Below are positions 1 through 8,047 of a stretch of DNA of 64,000 bases, in pieces. The stretch spans positions 19,732-83,731 of the forward strand of contig DASYQD010000039.1 of NCBI GenBank assembly GCA_036005845.1, given 5' to 3'. The position numbers and the translations under genes were made by a program. The notes beneath the pieces were generated by a model. That model made no database searches. It saw only the letters and a list, made by a program, of their open reading frames with translations, and was not told the origin of the DNA. The DNA comes from Thermoanaerobaculia bacterium (GTDB lineage: Bacteria > Acidobacteriota > Thermoanaerobaculia > Multivoradales > JAIOJS01). Numbering within the stretch: position 1 is the stretch's first letter; each line of letters starts with the position of its first letter.

Positions 1-81
1 CGATCCGATCCCCGCCGACTGGCTCGAGAAGGCGTACGCGGCGCTCGACGGCGTGCCGGCGGTGGCCACAGCGTCGCGCTG
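1..81 (+). CDS. 3' end of an upstream gene of unknown function, truncated by the window edge
   Basis: Open frame from the window edge ends ...VATASR then TGA at 79-81. No homology assessed. Confidence 0.3.
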
Positions 82-99
82 AACCGCGCGTCCCGTACC

Positions 100-999
100 G
101 TGCGGCGCAACCGTCCCAGCAGCAGCGCGCTCAAAGTAGCGCACGCAGTGGCCTTCCTCAGCCACGAGCCGGAGGTGGCGGCGGTGCTGCCGCCCGGCCT
201 CGCGGAGACCAACGAGCGGCTGCTGCGCGCCTCGGGTCACCTGCGCGCCAAGCACGTGCGGCGGCTGCAGAGCCCGCGCTTTCGGCGCTTGTTCTACTTC
301 ATCGATTCGCTCGGCGCCCAGGGCCAGCTTCTCTTCGTCGGCGTCCGCAAGCGGCTGGTCGCCGACGAAGCGGCGGCCGCCATCGCCTCCGGCTGCCGGC
401 AGCTCCTCGTCCTCGGCGGCGGCCTCGACACGCTGGCGCTACGCCTGGCGCAGGAACACCCGGACCTGACGCTCGTCGAGCTCGACCACCCTGCCAGCCA
501 GCACCGCAAGCGCGACGCGGTGGCGCAGATCGGACCGCTGCCGCCGAACCTCCACCTCGTTCCCGAAGACCTCGCCACCGGCGACCTCGCCGATGCGCTG
601 CACCAAGTGGAAGCCTGGGACGCGTCGCGCCGCACCTTCACCGTGGCGGAAGCCGTGTTCATGTACCTCGACCGCGATCACGTCGAGCGCACGCTGCGCG
701 AGCTGCACGACTCGACCGGCGCGGGCAGCAGCCTGCTCTTCTCCTATCTGCGCCGCGACGCGCGCGGCCGGCTGCTGCTCGGCAAGCGTCCGCGACTCGC
801 CGCGATGGCGCTCGCCGCCGGCGGCGAGCCGTTACGCTGGGCGGTCGGCGAAGGCGAGCTCGCGCACCTGCTGGAGACGACCGGTTGGGAGCTCGCTGTC
901 GAACGCTACGACCTGCGCCAGCGCTATCTCGCCGGCAGCGCGCTCGCCCACCGGCCGCTCGCCGACGTCGAGCTCTACGCGCTGGCGCGGCGCCGCTGA
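100..999 (+). CDS. Class I SAM-dependent methyltransferase (leucine carboxyl methyltransferase / TcmP-like O-methyltransferase family)
   Basis: 299-aa ORF with good GC3 codon bias. Motif LLVLGGGLDTLALRL and overall pattern are typical of the LCM/TcmP methyltransferase family. Confidence 0.65.
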   Translation: MRRNRPSSSALKVAHAVAFLSHEPEVAAVLPPGLAETNERLLRASGHLRAKHVRRLQSPRFRRLFYFIDSLGAQGQLLFVGVRKRLVADEAAAAIASGCRQLLVLGGGLDTLALRLAQEHPDLTLVELDHPASQHRKRDAVAQIGPLPPNLHLVPEDLATGDLADALHQVEAWDASRRTFTVAEAVFMYLDRDHVERTLRELHDSTGAGSSLLFSYLRRDARGRLLLGKRPRLAAMALAAGGEPLRWAVGEGELAHLLETTGWELAVERYDLRQRYLAGSALAHRPLADVELYALARRR

Positions 1000-1009
1000 G
1001 CGACGTGCA

Positions 1010-1585
1010 TCACGTAGCCGGCCGCTGCTGCCAGGGCCGCTTGATGATCAACGTCAGCGCCAGCAGGCCGATTCCGGCCACCGCCGCTGCCGCGAAGAGC
1101 GGCGCCAGCAGCGACAGCACGGAGAGCCCCACCGAGCCCACCGCCTCGCCCGTCGCCAGCAGATGGTTGCCCAGCCCCAGCGTCGTCCAGCTCGACACGT
1201 GGCGGGCGAGCGTCGTCGCGCCCTGCACGCCGGCCGCGGCGCCGCCGCCGGCGATCACCGCCAGGCTCCAGCGCATCAGCGGATCGACGTCGGTGACCAC
1301 GGAAGCGGTGATGACGATACCCGCCACCACCGCCATCGGCCCAGCCGCGAAGTCGAGCGCGTTGTCGATCCACGGCACGTAGTAGGCGAGCACCTCGAGC
1401 AGCGTGGCGACGGCGAAGGCGATCAGCGCCGGCTTGGTGCCGATCCAGTGGAAGCCGCCGGCGAGCGTCAGGTGCCCCGTCTGCGCCGCCAGGCTGGTGA
1501 CCAGCAGCGGCACGAAGACGCGGAAGCCGCACGCGGCGGCGAGGCCGACGCCGAGGCAGATGGAGAGCAGGGTGTCGAGGTCCAT
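1010..1585 (-). CDS. DUF4126-family integral membrane protein
   Basis: 191 aa with 4-5 hydrophobic helices (LSICLGVGLAAACGF..., IAFAVATLLEVLAYYVPWIDNALD) characteristic of DUF4126. Confidence 0.65.
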   Translation of the reverse strand: MDLDTLLSICLGVGLAAACGFRVFVPLLVTSLAAQTGHLTLAGGFHWIGTKPALIAFAVATLLEVLAYYVPWIDNALDFAAGPMAVVAGIVITASVVTDVDPLMRWSLAVIAGGGAAAGVQGATTLARHVSSWTTLGLGNHLLATGEAVGSVGLSVLSLLAPLFAAAAVAGIGLLALTLIIKRPWQQRPAT

Positions 1586-1744
1586 GGCGAACCCTCCGCG
1601 GCCGATCGCGGCGCGATTTCATTGTACGGTACGGCGACGGCACGCCTGGGATTCCGCCCGTCCATCCGCACGGATCGGTCTTCCGTCACGTTTCAAAGGT
1701 GGCTGCATAGCGACAGTTAGAATGGCGCCGCCGATGGATCACGC

Positions 1745-4093
1745 ATGATCGGTCAGACCCTCCTCCACTACCGGGTGCTCTCCAAGATCGGCGAGGGAGG
1801 CATGGGCGAGGTGTTCCTCGCCCTCGATACCAAACTCGAACGCCAGGTGGCGCTCAAGGTGCTGCCGCATGACATGGCGTCCAATCCGCGGCGCTGGGAG
1901 CGCTTCGTGCGCGAGGCGCGCGCCATCGCCGCGTTGAACCACCCCAACATCGTCACCATCTTCGCCGTCGAGGAGGCCGAAGGCCGCCACTTCTTCGCCA
2001 TGGAGCTCATCGAGGGTGAGACGCTCGAGCGGATCGTCCACAGCCCCGGCCTCGAGCTCGACCGCTTCTTCTCGATCGCCACGCCCCTCGTCGACGCCCT
2101 CGCCGCCGCCCATCGCCAGGGCATCCTCCACCGCGACCTCAAGCCCGAGAACGTGATGGTGGGCCGCGACGGCCGCGTCAAGGTGCTCGACTTCGGCGTC
2201 GCCAAGGCGATCGGGCAGCAGGAGAAGACAGAGGCCGCCGGCATGCGGCGGCGCAATCTCACCGAGGAAGGCTCGGTCCTTGGCACCGCGCGCTACATGT
2301 CGCCGGAGCAGGCGTGCGGCGAGCCGGTCGACCAACGCACTGACATCTTCTCGCTCGGCATCGTGCTCTTCGAGATGGCGACCGGCTCCTATCCGTTCCA
2401 GGGTCGCACCGCCGCGGAGGTTCTCTCCTCGATCCTCCGCGATGAGCCGCCGTTGGCGCATACCGTGCGACGCGAGCTGCCTACCCGCTTGAGCGCCGCC
2501 ATCCACCGCTGCATGCTCAAGCGCATCGAGCTGCGCTACGGGTCGGCGGACGAGCTTGGCCGCGACCTCGACGCCGTGCGGCGCGAGCTGGCGGCGACGC
2601 CCGTGCGTCACGGCGTCGACCGCACGGTTGCCGAGCCGGTGGCGCGCGCGCGGGTCGCCGACCGCCAGTATGGGCCGAGCGGTATCACCAAGACCCCCAG
2701 CCCCGCCTTGGCGGTGCTGCCGCTGGTCGACCTCGCGGCCGGGCCCGACTACTTCGTGGAAGGACTCACGGAGGAGCTCATCACCGCCGTCGCCAAGGTG
2801 GGCTCGATGCGGGTGATCTCACGGCAGTCGATCATGCGCTACCGCGGCTCCGACAAGCCGCTGCCGGAGATCGCCAGCGAGCTCGGCGTCGACCACATCC
2901 TGCAAGGCTCGGTGTTGCGCGCCGGTGACCGCGTGCGCATCTCGCTGCAGCTGGTGCGCGCCGACCCCGAGGAGCATCTCTGGGCCGAGCGCTACGAGCG
3001 CAGCGTCGGCGACGTGCTCGCCGTCCAGCACGAGATCGCTCGCGCGGTGGCGAGCGAGATCCTCTCCAAGCTCACCTTCGGCGACGACGTGTCGGAGCCC
3101 GCCGCCCCGGTCGCTCCGGAGGTGCTCGAGGCCTACCTCAAGGGCCGCTACTACGTGAAGAAGCGGACCCACGACAGCTCGCAGAAGGCGCTCACTTTCT
3201 TCCAGGAAGCGATCGACCGCGATCCGCTGCACGCCCCCTCGCACGCCGGTTACGCGGACGCGCTGGCGCTGATCGGCCACGAGCGCCCATCGCCGCAGAT
3301 CGCCGAGCGCGCGCGGGCGGCAGCACGCCGGGCGCTCGAGCTCGACCCCGCGCTGGCCGAGGCGCACGCCTCGCTCGGCTTCATCAGCTTCTACTACGAA
3401 TGGGACTGGGCGGCTGCCGAAGCCGAGTTCCAGCGCGCCCTCGAGCTCGCCCCGAACGAGGCGACCATCCACCACTGGTACTGGTCGCTGCTGGTGACCA
3501 CCGGCCGTCGCGAAGAAGCTGGCCGCCAGATCCGTCTCGCCTGCCAGCTCGACCCGCTGTCGCCGATCATCGTCACCAATCTCGGGGTGCACTACTACCT
3601 GTGCGGCGATCCGGTGCGCGCCGTGCGCCAGGTCGCCAAGGCGCTCGACATCGAGCCCGAATTCCGCTGGGCGCACTTGCTGCTGTGGCGGGCGCAGGAG
3701 CAGCTCGGCGAGCTCGACGCCGCGGTGCGTTCCCTCGCGCGCGGGCTGCGCGGGCTTTCGCGCGACGACGTGGCCGCCACCGTCGAACGGCTCTACCCGC
3801 AGGTGGGTTATGGCCCGGCCGCGCAGGCGGCGGCCGAGCAACTGATGACGACCGGTCCTGCGCCGGTACCCCTGGACACCGTGGCGATGCTCTACCTGGC
3901 CAACAATTGCCGCGAGCAGGCCATGGCCCTGGTCGAAGAGGCCTTCGCCGCCCGCCTCACGCTGGTCGTCTGGCTGGCAGTGGCGCCGGAGTGGGCCCCG
4001 TTGCGCGACGACCCGCGAATGCAGCGGCTGCTTTCGCGCGTGCACCTGCAGGCGGGACCGGCAGCAGGCGGGGCCCGCGTGGCTCCCGCCTAG
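1745..4093 (+). CDS. Ser/Thr protein kinase with TolB-N-like and TPR repeat C-terminal region
   Basis: N-terminal Hanks kinase motifs: GEGGMGEV, VALK, HRDLKPENVMV, DFGVAKA, SPEQ. Followed by LAVLPLVDL...EGLTEELITAVAKVGSMRVISRQS (TolB_N-like) and multiple TPR-like helices. ATG at 1745. Confidence 0.9.
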   Translation: MIGQTLLHYRVLSKIGEGGMGEVFLALDTKLERQVALKVLPHDMASNPRRWERFVREARAIAALNHPNIVTIFAVEEAEGRHFFAMELIEGETLERIVHSPGLELDRFFSIATPLVDALAAAHRQGILHRDLKPENVMVGRDGRVKVLDFGVAKAIGQQEKTEAAGMRRRNLTEEGSVLGTARYMSPEQACGEPVDQRTDIFSLGIVLFEMATGSYPFQGRTAAEVLSSILRDEPPLAHTVRRELPTRLSAAIHRCMLKRIELRYGSADELGRDLDAVRRELAATPVRHGVDRTVAEPVARARVADRQYGPSGITKTPSPALAVLPLVDLAAGPDYFVEGLTEELITAVAKVGSMRVISRQSIMRYRGSDKPLPEIASELGVDHILQGSVLRAGDRVRISLQLVRADPEEHLWAERYERSVGDVLAVQHEIARAVASEILSKLTFGDDVSEPAAPVAPEVLEAYLKGRYYVKKRTHDSSQKALTFFQEAIDRDPLHAPSHAGYADALALIGHERPSPQIAERARAAARRALELDPALAEAHASLGFISFYYEWDWAAAEAEFQRALELAPNEATIHHWYWSLLVTTGRREEAGRQIRLACQLDPLSPIIVTNLGVHYYLCGDPVRAVRQVAKALDIEPEFRWAHLLLWRAQEQLGELDAAVRSLARGLRGLSRDDVAATVERLYPQVGYGPAAQAAAEQLMTTGPAPVPLDTVAMLYLANNCREQAMALVEEAFAARLTLVVWLAVAPEWAPLRDDPRMQRLLSRVHLQAGPAAGGARVAPA

Positions 4094-4587
4094 CTGGTGC
4101 TGTCGCCCGGCGGAGCCACGAGAGCGAAGCACCCCGGCGGCGCATCGTCGCCCAGGTACTTGCGCACCTTGTCCGCGTCGTGGCTCTTGAGGACGGCCTT
4201 CTCCTTGGCGCCGATTCCGGCGTCATCCAGCGTCTTGTCGGGATCGGCGAGGTAGCGCTGGCGCAGGCTGTGGTCGGTCGAGGCCTTGGTGATGAAGTCG
4301 AGCGCCTTCTGCTTGGAGGACGTGCCGCCCGCGGTACGCTTTGCCGGCTTCCGCTTCGCCGGCGTCGTCTTCGCCGCCGGCTTCTTCGCGGCGGACTTCT
4401 TCGCCGCGGTCTTCTTTGCGGCGCCCTTCTTCGCGCCGCGCCGGCTCGCTGCCGGTTTGCGCGTCGCCGTCTTCTTCGCGCCGCGCCGGGCCGCACCCTT
4501 CTTCGCCGCAGCCTTCTTCGGCTTCGACTTTCCCTTGCCACCGCCCTTCTTCGCTGACGACTTCTTCGCCGCCTTCTTCTTAGCCAT
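4090..4587 (-). CDS. Histone H1-like lysine/alanine-rich nucleoid-associated protein with a small C-terminal globular domain
   Basis: 165 aa. The N-terminal ~100 aa are almost pure K/A/G/R/T low complexity (MAKKKAAKKSSAKKGGGKGKSKPKK...). C-terminal ~55 aa (SLRQRYLADPDKTLDDAGIGAKEKAVLKSHDADKVRKYL) appears folded. Its 3' end overlaps the convergent kinase gene by 4 nt. Confidence 0.7.
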   Translation of the reverse strand: MAKKKAAKKSSAKKGGGKGKSKPKKAAAKKGAARRGAKKTATRKPAASRRGAKKGAAKKTAAKKSAAKKPAAKTTPAKRKPAKRTAGGTSSKQKALDFITKASTDHSLRQRYLADPDKTLDDAGIGAKEKAVLKSHDADKVRKYLGDDAPPGCFALVAPPGDSTS

Positions 4588-4736
4588 TCCCTCCTCCTTC
4601 CATTTCAGTTGTCGCTAGGGACAATGCGAGTAGGGTACGCCTCCCCAGCCGACGCGGTCAACCATCTGTCAGATGGGACGGACGCCGTCAGGGCATTCCC
4701 GCAACGGCGCCGCTGCTACACTCGCGCGATCCCACC

Positions 4737-5546
4737 GTGACGAAGCGACCGTCGCTGACTATCGTCGGGACCGGCTTCCTCGTCGCCGGTCAGGTGACCC
4801 CGGAGTCCTGGTCGGCCATCCAGGTGTCCGACCGCTTCTTCTTCATCGTCGGCGAGCCGGCGACGCGCCTCTGGCTCGAGCAGCAGCATCCGCGCGCCGA
4901 ATCGCTCCACGACGTGTTCTGGGACGGCCGGCCGCGCCAGCCCGCCTACGACGAGATCGTGGCGCGCATCCTCGCGCCGCTGCATCAGGGCCTCGACGTC
5001 TGCGCGGCCTTCTACGGACACGCCGGCGTCTTCGTGTACTCGTCGCACGAAGCCATCCGCCAAGCGCGAGCGGCAGGATTCACGGCCTCGATGCTGCCGG
5101 CGGTCTCGGCCGAAGACTGCTTGTTTGCAGACCTCGAGATCGACCCGGCTCGCGACGGCTGCCAGAGCTTCGAGGCCACCGACTTCCTCGCTCGCAAGCG
5201 CGCCTTCGACCCGAGGAGCGGTCTCGTGCTCTGGCAGATCGGCGCCCTCGGCGTCGTGCACTATTACCATCGCGATCTGTGGAACCGCGACGGTCTCGAT
5301 TACCTGGTCGAGGTTTTGCGGCGCAGCTACCCGGCCGACCATCCGGTCGTCGTCTACGAGCACATGCAGCTGCCGGTCTGCCCGCCGCTGATCCAGCGCA
5401 CGGCTCTCGCCGCGCTTCCGCGCTGCACGATCAACACGCACTCGACGCTGTGGGTACCGCCGGTGGCGAAGGCGCCCGTCGATGAGGCGATGCTGGCGCG
5501 AATCCGCACGAGCTCCCTGCATCGGCTCTACGCGGAGGCAGTGTGA
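4737..5546 (+). CDS. Tetrapyrrole-methylase-fold alpha-N-methyltransferase, OphMA/SonM (borosin) like, paralog 1
   Basis: GTG start. Motifs SLTIVGTGFLVAGQVTPE, AAFYGHAGVFV, MLPAVSAEDCLFADLEIDP, CQSFEATDFL and VPPVAKAP match the borosin N-methyltransferase core as I recall it from OphMA and SonM. The FYGHPxV motif replaces the GDP motif of CobA/CysG-type methylases. Confidence 0.8.
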   Translation: MTKRPSLTIVGTGFLVAGQVTPESWSAIQVSDRFFFIVGEPATRLWLEQQHPRAESLHDVFWDGRPRQPAYDEIVARILAPLHQGLDVCAAFYGHAGVFVYSSHEAIRQARAAGFTASMLPAVSAEDCLFADLEIDPARDGCQSFEATDFLARKRAFDPRSGLVLWQIGALGVVHYYHRDLWNRDGLDYLVEVLRRSYPADHPVVVYEHMQLPVCPPLIQRTALAALPRCTINTHSTLWVPPVAKAPVDEAMLARIRTSSLHRLYAEAV

Positions 5547-6367
5547 CGCGCGGCCGGACCAAGGTCGGGAGTCTGACCGTCGTCGGAACCGGCTACAACG
5601 TCGCCGGTCAGGTGACGCCGGAAGCGAGGTCCTGCATCGAAGCGGCCGAGCGCGTCTTCTACCTGCTCTCGGACTCCGCCACCAGCGGCTGGCTCAAGAC
5701 GCTCAACGTGAAGGCCGAGTCGCTCCACGACTGCTATCGGGTCGGCGAGCCGGGCCCTCAGGCCTGCGAGCGGATGGTCGAGCGCATCGTGCTGGCGGTG
5801 CGTGCGGGAGCCGACGTCTGCGCCGTCTTCTACGGCCACCCCGCCGTCTGCGTGGCGCCCGGCATCGAGAGCGTGCGACGCGCGCGCACCGAAGGTTTCG
5901 CCGCACAACTGCTCCCCGCCATCTCCTTCGAGGACTGCCTCTTCGCCGACCTCGGCGTCGACCCCGGCAGCTCGGGGAGGCTGATGTACGAAGCGACCGA
6001 CTTCCTGGTCCGCCCGCGAACCTTCGACACCACCGCGGCGCTGATCCTTCTGCAGGCGGGGGCGATCGGGCTCGTCGACTTCACGGCCGGCGACCAGCCC
6101 AACGTCGCTGGTCTCGCGGTGTTGACCGAGGTGCTCCTGCGCCACTACCCGCCGACGCACCGGGTGGCGCTTTATCGCATGTCGCAGCTGCCGATCTTCC
6201 CGCCCCGGATCGACTGGATGGCACTGGCCGACTTGCCCAGTGCCGGCGGGCTGTCGGTGGTCTCGACACTCTTCGTGCCGCCGCTCGCTCAGCGGCCGTT
6301 CGACCGCGAGGTCTTTTCCCGACTCCAGCAGATGGCGGCGAACGTGCCGAACGCTTCGCATCCCTGA
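5543..6367 (+). CDS. Tetrapyrrole-methylase-fold alpha-N-methyltransferase, OphMA/SonM (borosin) like, paralog 2
   Basis: GTG start overlaps the stop of paralog 1 (GTGTGA), indicating translational coupling. Motifs GSLTVVGTGYNVAGQVTPE, AVFYGHPAVCV, LLPAISFEDCLFADLGVDP, YEATDFL and FVPPLAQRP. The Tyr of the paralog-1 AYDEI segment is Cys here (QACERM). Confidence 0.8.
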   Translation: MTRGRTKVGSLTVVGTGYNVAGQVTPEARSCIEAAERVFYLLSDSATSGWLKTLNVKAESLHDCYRVGEPGPQACERMVERIVLAVRAGADVCAVFYGHPAVCVAPGIESVRRARTEGFAAQLLPAISFEDCLFADLGVDPGSSGRLMYEATDFLVRPRTFDTTAALILLQAGAIGLVDFTAGDQPNVAGLAVLTEVLLRHYPPTHRVALYRMSQLPIFPPRIDWMALADLPSAGGLSVVSTLFVPPLAQRPFDREVFSRLQQMAANVPNASHP

Positions 6368-6379
6368 GAGGAACCCGCC

Positions 6380-7606
6380 GTGAAATACGACCTGCGCAAG
6401 GTAGGGCTGCTCACCGTCGTCTATGCGAGCCAGGGCATCTCGCCGGGCTTCGCCGCCTTCGCCATGCCGGTGCTCTTGCGCAAGCAGGGAGTGTCGCTGC
6501 AGGCGGTGGGGTTCGCGATGCTGCTCTTGCTGCCATTCGCGTTCAAGTTCGTGTGGGGGCCGTGGAGCGACCGGCTTGCACGGCGCGGCACCATTCGCCA
6601 ATGGATGGGCGCCCTGCAGATCGTGCTCGCCGCGGTGATGGCGTCGCTCATCTTGCTGCCGCCGGCGCACGGCGTCGCGCCCTTCCTCGTCGTCGTCGGG
6701 CTCGGCTACGTGATCGTGTCCGTGCTCGACACCGTGACCGACGGGATCACCGTCCGTCTGCTCTCCCCCGAGGAGCGGCCACTGGGCAACGCCGCGCAGT
6801 TCGGCGGCTATTACGCGGGCAGCATCCTCGCCGGCGGGCTCTTCCTCGCCATCGAGCCGCGCATCGGCTGGGGCCCGGCGGTGGCGATGCTGGTGCTGCT
6901 CGTCGCCAGCGGCTGGGCGGCCGGGCGCGCGCTGCCGCCGCTGCCGCCGGCCACGGTCGCGTCGACTGAAAAGGCCAGCGTGCTCGCCTTCCTGCGCGGC
7001 CCGTCGTTCCGCTACGTCATCCCGCTCCTGTTGCTGCTCGACATGCCGCAAAACGTCGGCATCGCGCTGGTGGCGCCATTCCTCATCGACAACGGCCTCA
7101 CGCAAGCGCAGGTGGGACTGGTCTCCGGCACCTTCGGGCTGCTCGGCGCCTTCGCCGGCGCCGCGCTCGGCGGCGCCGCGCTGGCGCGGTTGCCGCGGAT
7201 CCGCGCGCTGATGCTCGCGGCCTTCCTGCAGGTGCTGCCGCTGTTCGGCTTCGCCTGGCTGGCGGCGCACCGCGGCACGTCGCTGCTGGCACCGATCGTC
7301 ATCACCACCGTCGCCTTCGGGCTCGCCAGCCTGTTCAACGTCGCGATCTCGTCCTGGTTCATGGACCAGGTGTCGCCGGCGCAGCCGTCGACCGACTACA
7401 GCTTGATGGCCTGCGCGCACACCGCGAGCTTCGCGCTCGCCAACCCGATCGCCGGCGCCAGCGCGTCGGCGCTCGGCTTCCGCCTCCACTTCACCGTAGT
7501 CGGCGCGGTGGCGCTGCTGTTGGTGATCGCGTCGTGGCCGTGGCTGCGACGGCTGGCGAAGCCGCGCTATGCACCGATCGCGGCCGAGATGGCGGCGGCC
7601 GGCTGA
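6380..7606 (+). CDS. MFS transporter (AmpG/PAT-like family)
   Basis: 408 aa with about 12 TM helices. LRKQGVSLQAVGFA...FVWGPWSDR motif is typical of the AmpG/PAT subfamily. Starts 12 nt after the second methyltransferase with a GAGGA RBS and GTG start. Confidence 0.85.
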   Translation: MKYDLRKVGLLTVVYASQGISPGFAAFAMPVLLRKQGVSLQAVGFAMLLLLPFAFKFVWGPWSDRLARRGTIRQWMGALQIVLAAVMASLILLPPAHGVAPFLVVVGLGYVIVSVLDTVTDGITVRLLSPEERPLGNAAQFGGYYAGSILAGGLFLAIEPRIGWGPAVAMLVLLVASGWAAGRALPPLPPATVASTEKASVLAFLRGPSFRYVIPLLLLLDMPQNVGIALVAPFLIDNGLTQAQVGLVSGTFGLLGAFAGAALGGAALARLPRIRALMLAAFLQVLPLFGFAWLAAHRGTSLLAPIVITTVAFGLASLFNVAISSWFMDQVSPAQPSTDYSLMACAHTASFALANPIAGASASALGFRLHFTVVGAVALLLVIASWPWLRRLAKPRYAPIAAEMAAAG

Positions 7607-7613
7607 GCGGCGC

Positions 7614-8033
7614 TCAGCGCCACAAGCCGAGCAACACCGCGGCGGCGACGAACGACACCAGGTTGTAGCCCGAGTTGATGAGCCACAACGGTTTCGGCGT
7701 CTGCGAGAAGATCGCCGTCGCGAAGCTCGTCGGCGCCGCGAAGCCGAGCCAGCAGAGGAAGCCCACCGCCGCGGCGCGCCCGAGCGTCACCGGCGGGAAG
7801 TGGTTGAGCACCACCGCCATTGCCCAGGCGATCACCAACCCGGAGAGGAAGGCGAGGCCGTAGAGAAGCGCCACCGGCGAGCCGGCGGCGCTCGCCTTGA
7901 GCTCTTCCTCCGTCTTGCCCATCAGCGCCATCCAGCGCTTGGCGAACAGCACCGAGTACCACAGCCCTCCGAGCACGAAGATCAGGATCCCTGCGACGAG
8001 AACGGCGAGATAGTTGACGGCCGGAAGCGTCAT
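7614..8033 (-). CDS. DUF1761-family small membrane protein
   Basis: 139 aa with 4 TM segments. LLYGLAFLSGLVIAW and FLCWLGFAAPTS pattern resembles DUF1761. Confidence 0.6.
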   Translation of the reverse strand: MTLPAVNYLAVLVAGILIFVLGGLWYSVLFAKRWMALMGKTEEELKASAAGSPVALLYGLAFLSGLVIAWAMAVVLNHFPPVTLGRAAAVGFLCWLGFAAPTSFATAIFSQTPKPLWLINSGYNLVSFVAAAVLLGLWR

Positions 8034-8047
8034 GGGAAGCCCTCCAT

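Noticed and set aside
593-1720. Long antisense or out-of-frame ORFs throughout the window, for example 593-1720 (+), 2819-4132 (-), 5528-7489 (-), 23982-25160 (-), 25306-27006 (+), 37286-39448 (+), 43954-46284 (-) and 61874-63850 (-)
   Set aside because: Their translations are Arg/Ala/Pro/Gly-rich low-complexity sequence with no motifs. They lie opposite ORFs that have clear homology and proper GC3 bias. These are the stop-codon-poor shadow frames typical of ~70% GC DNA.
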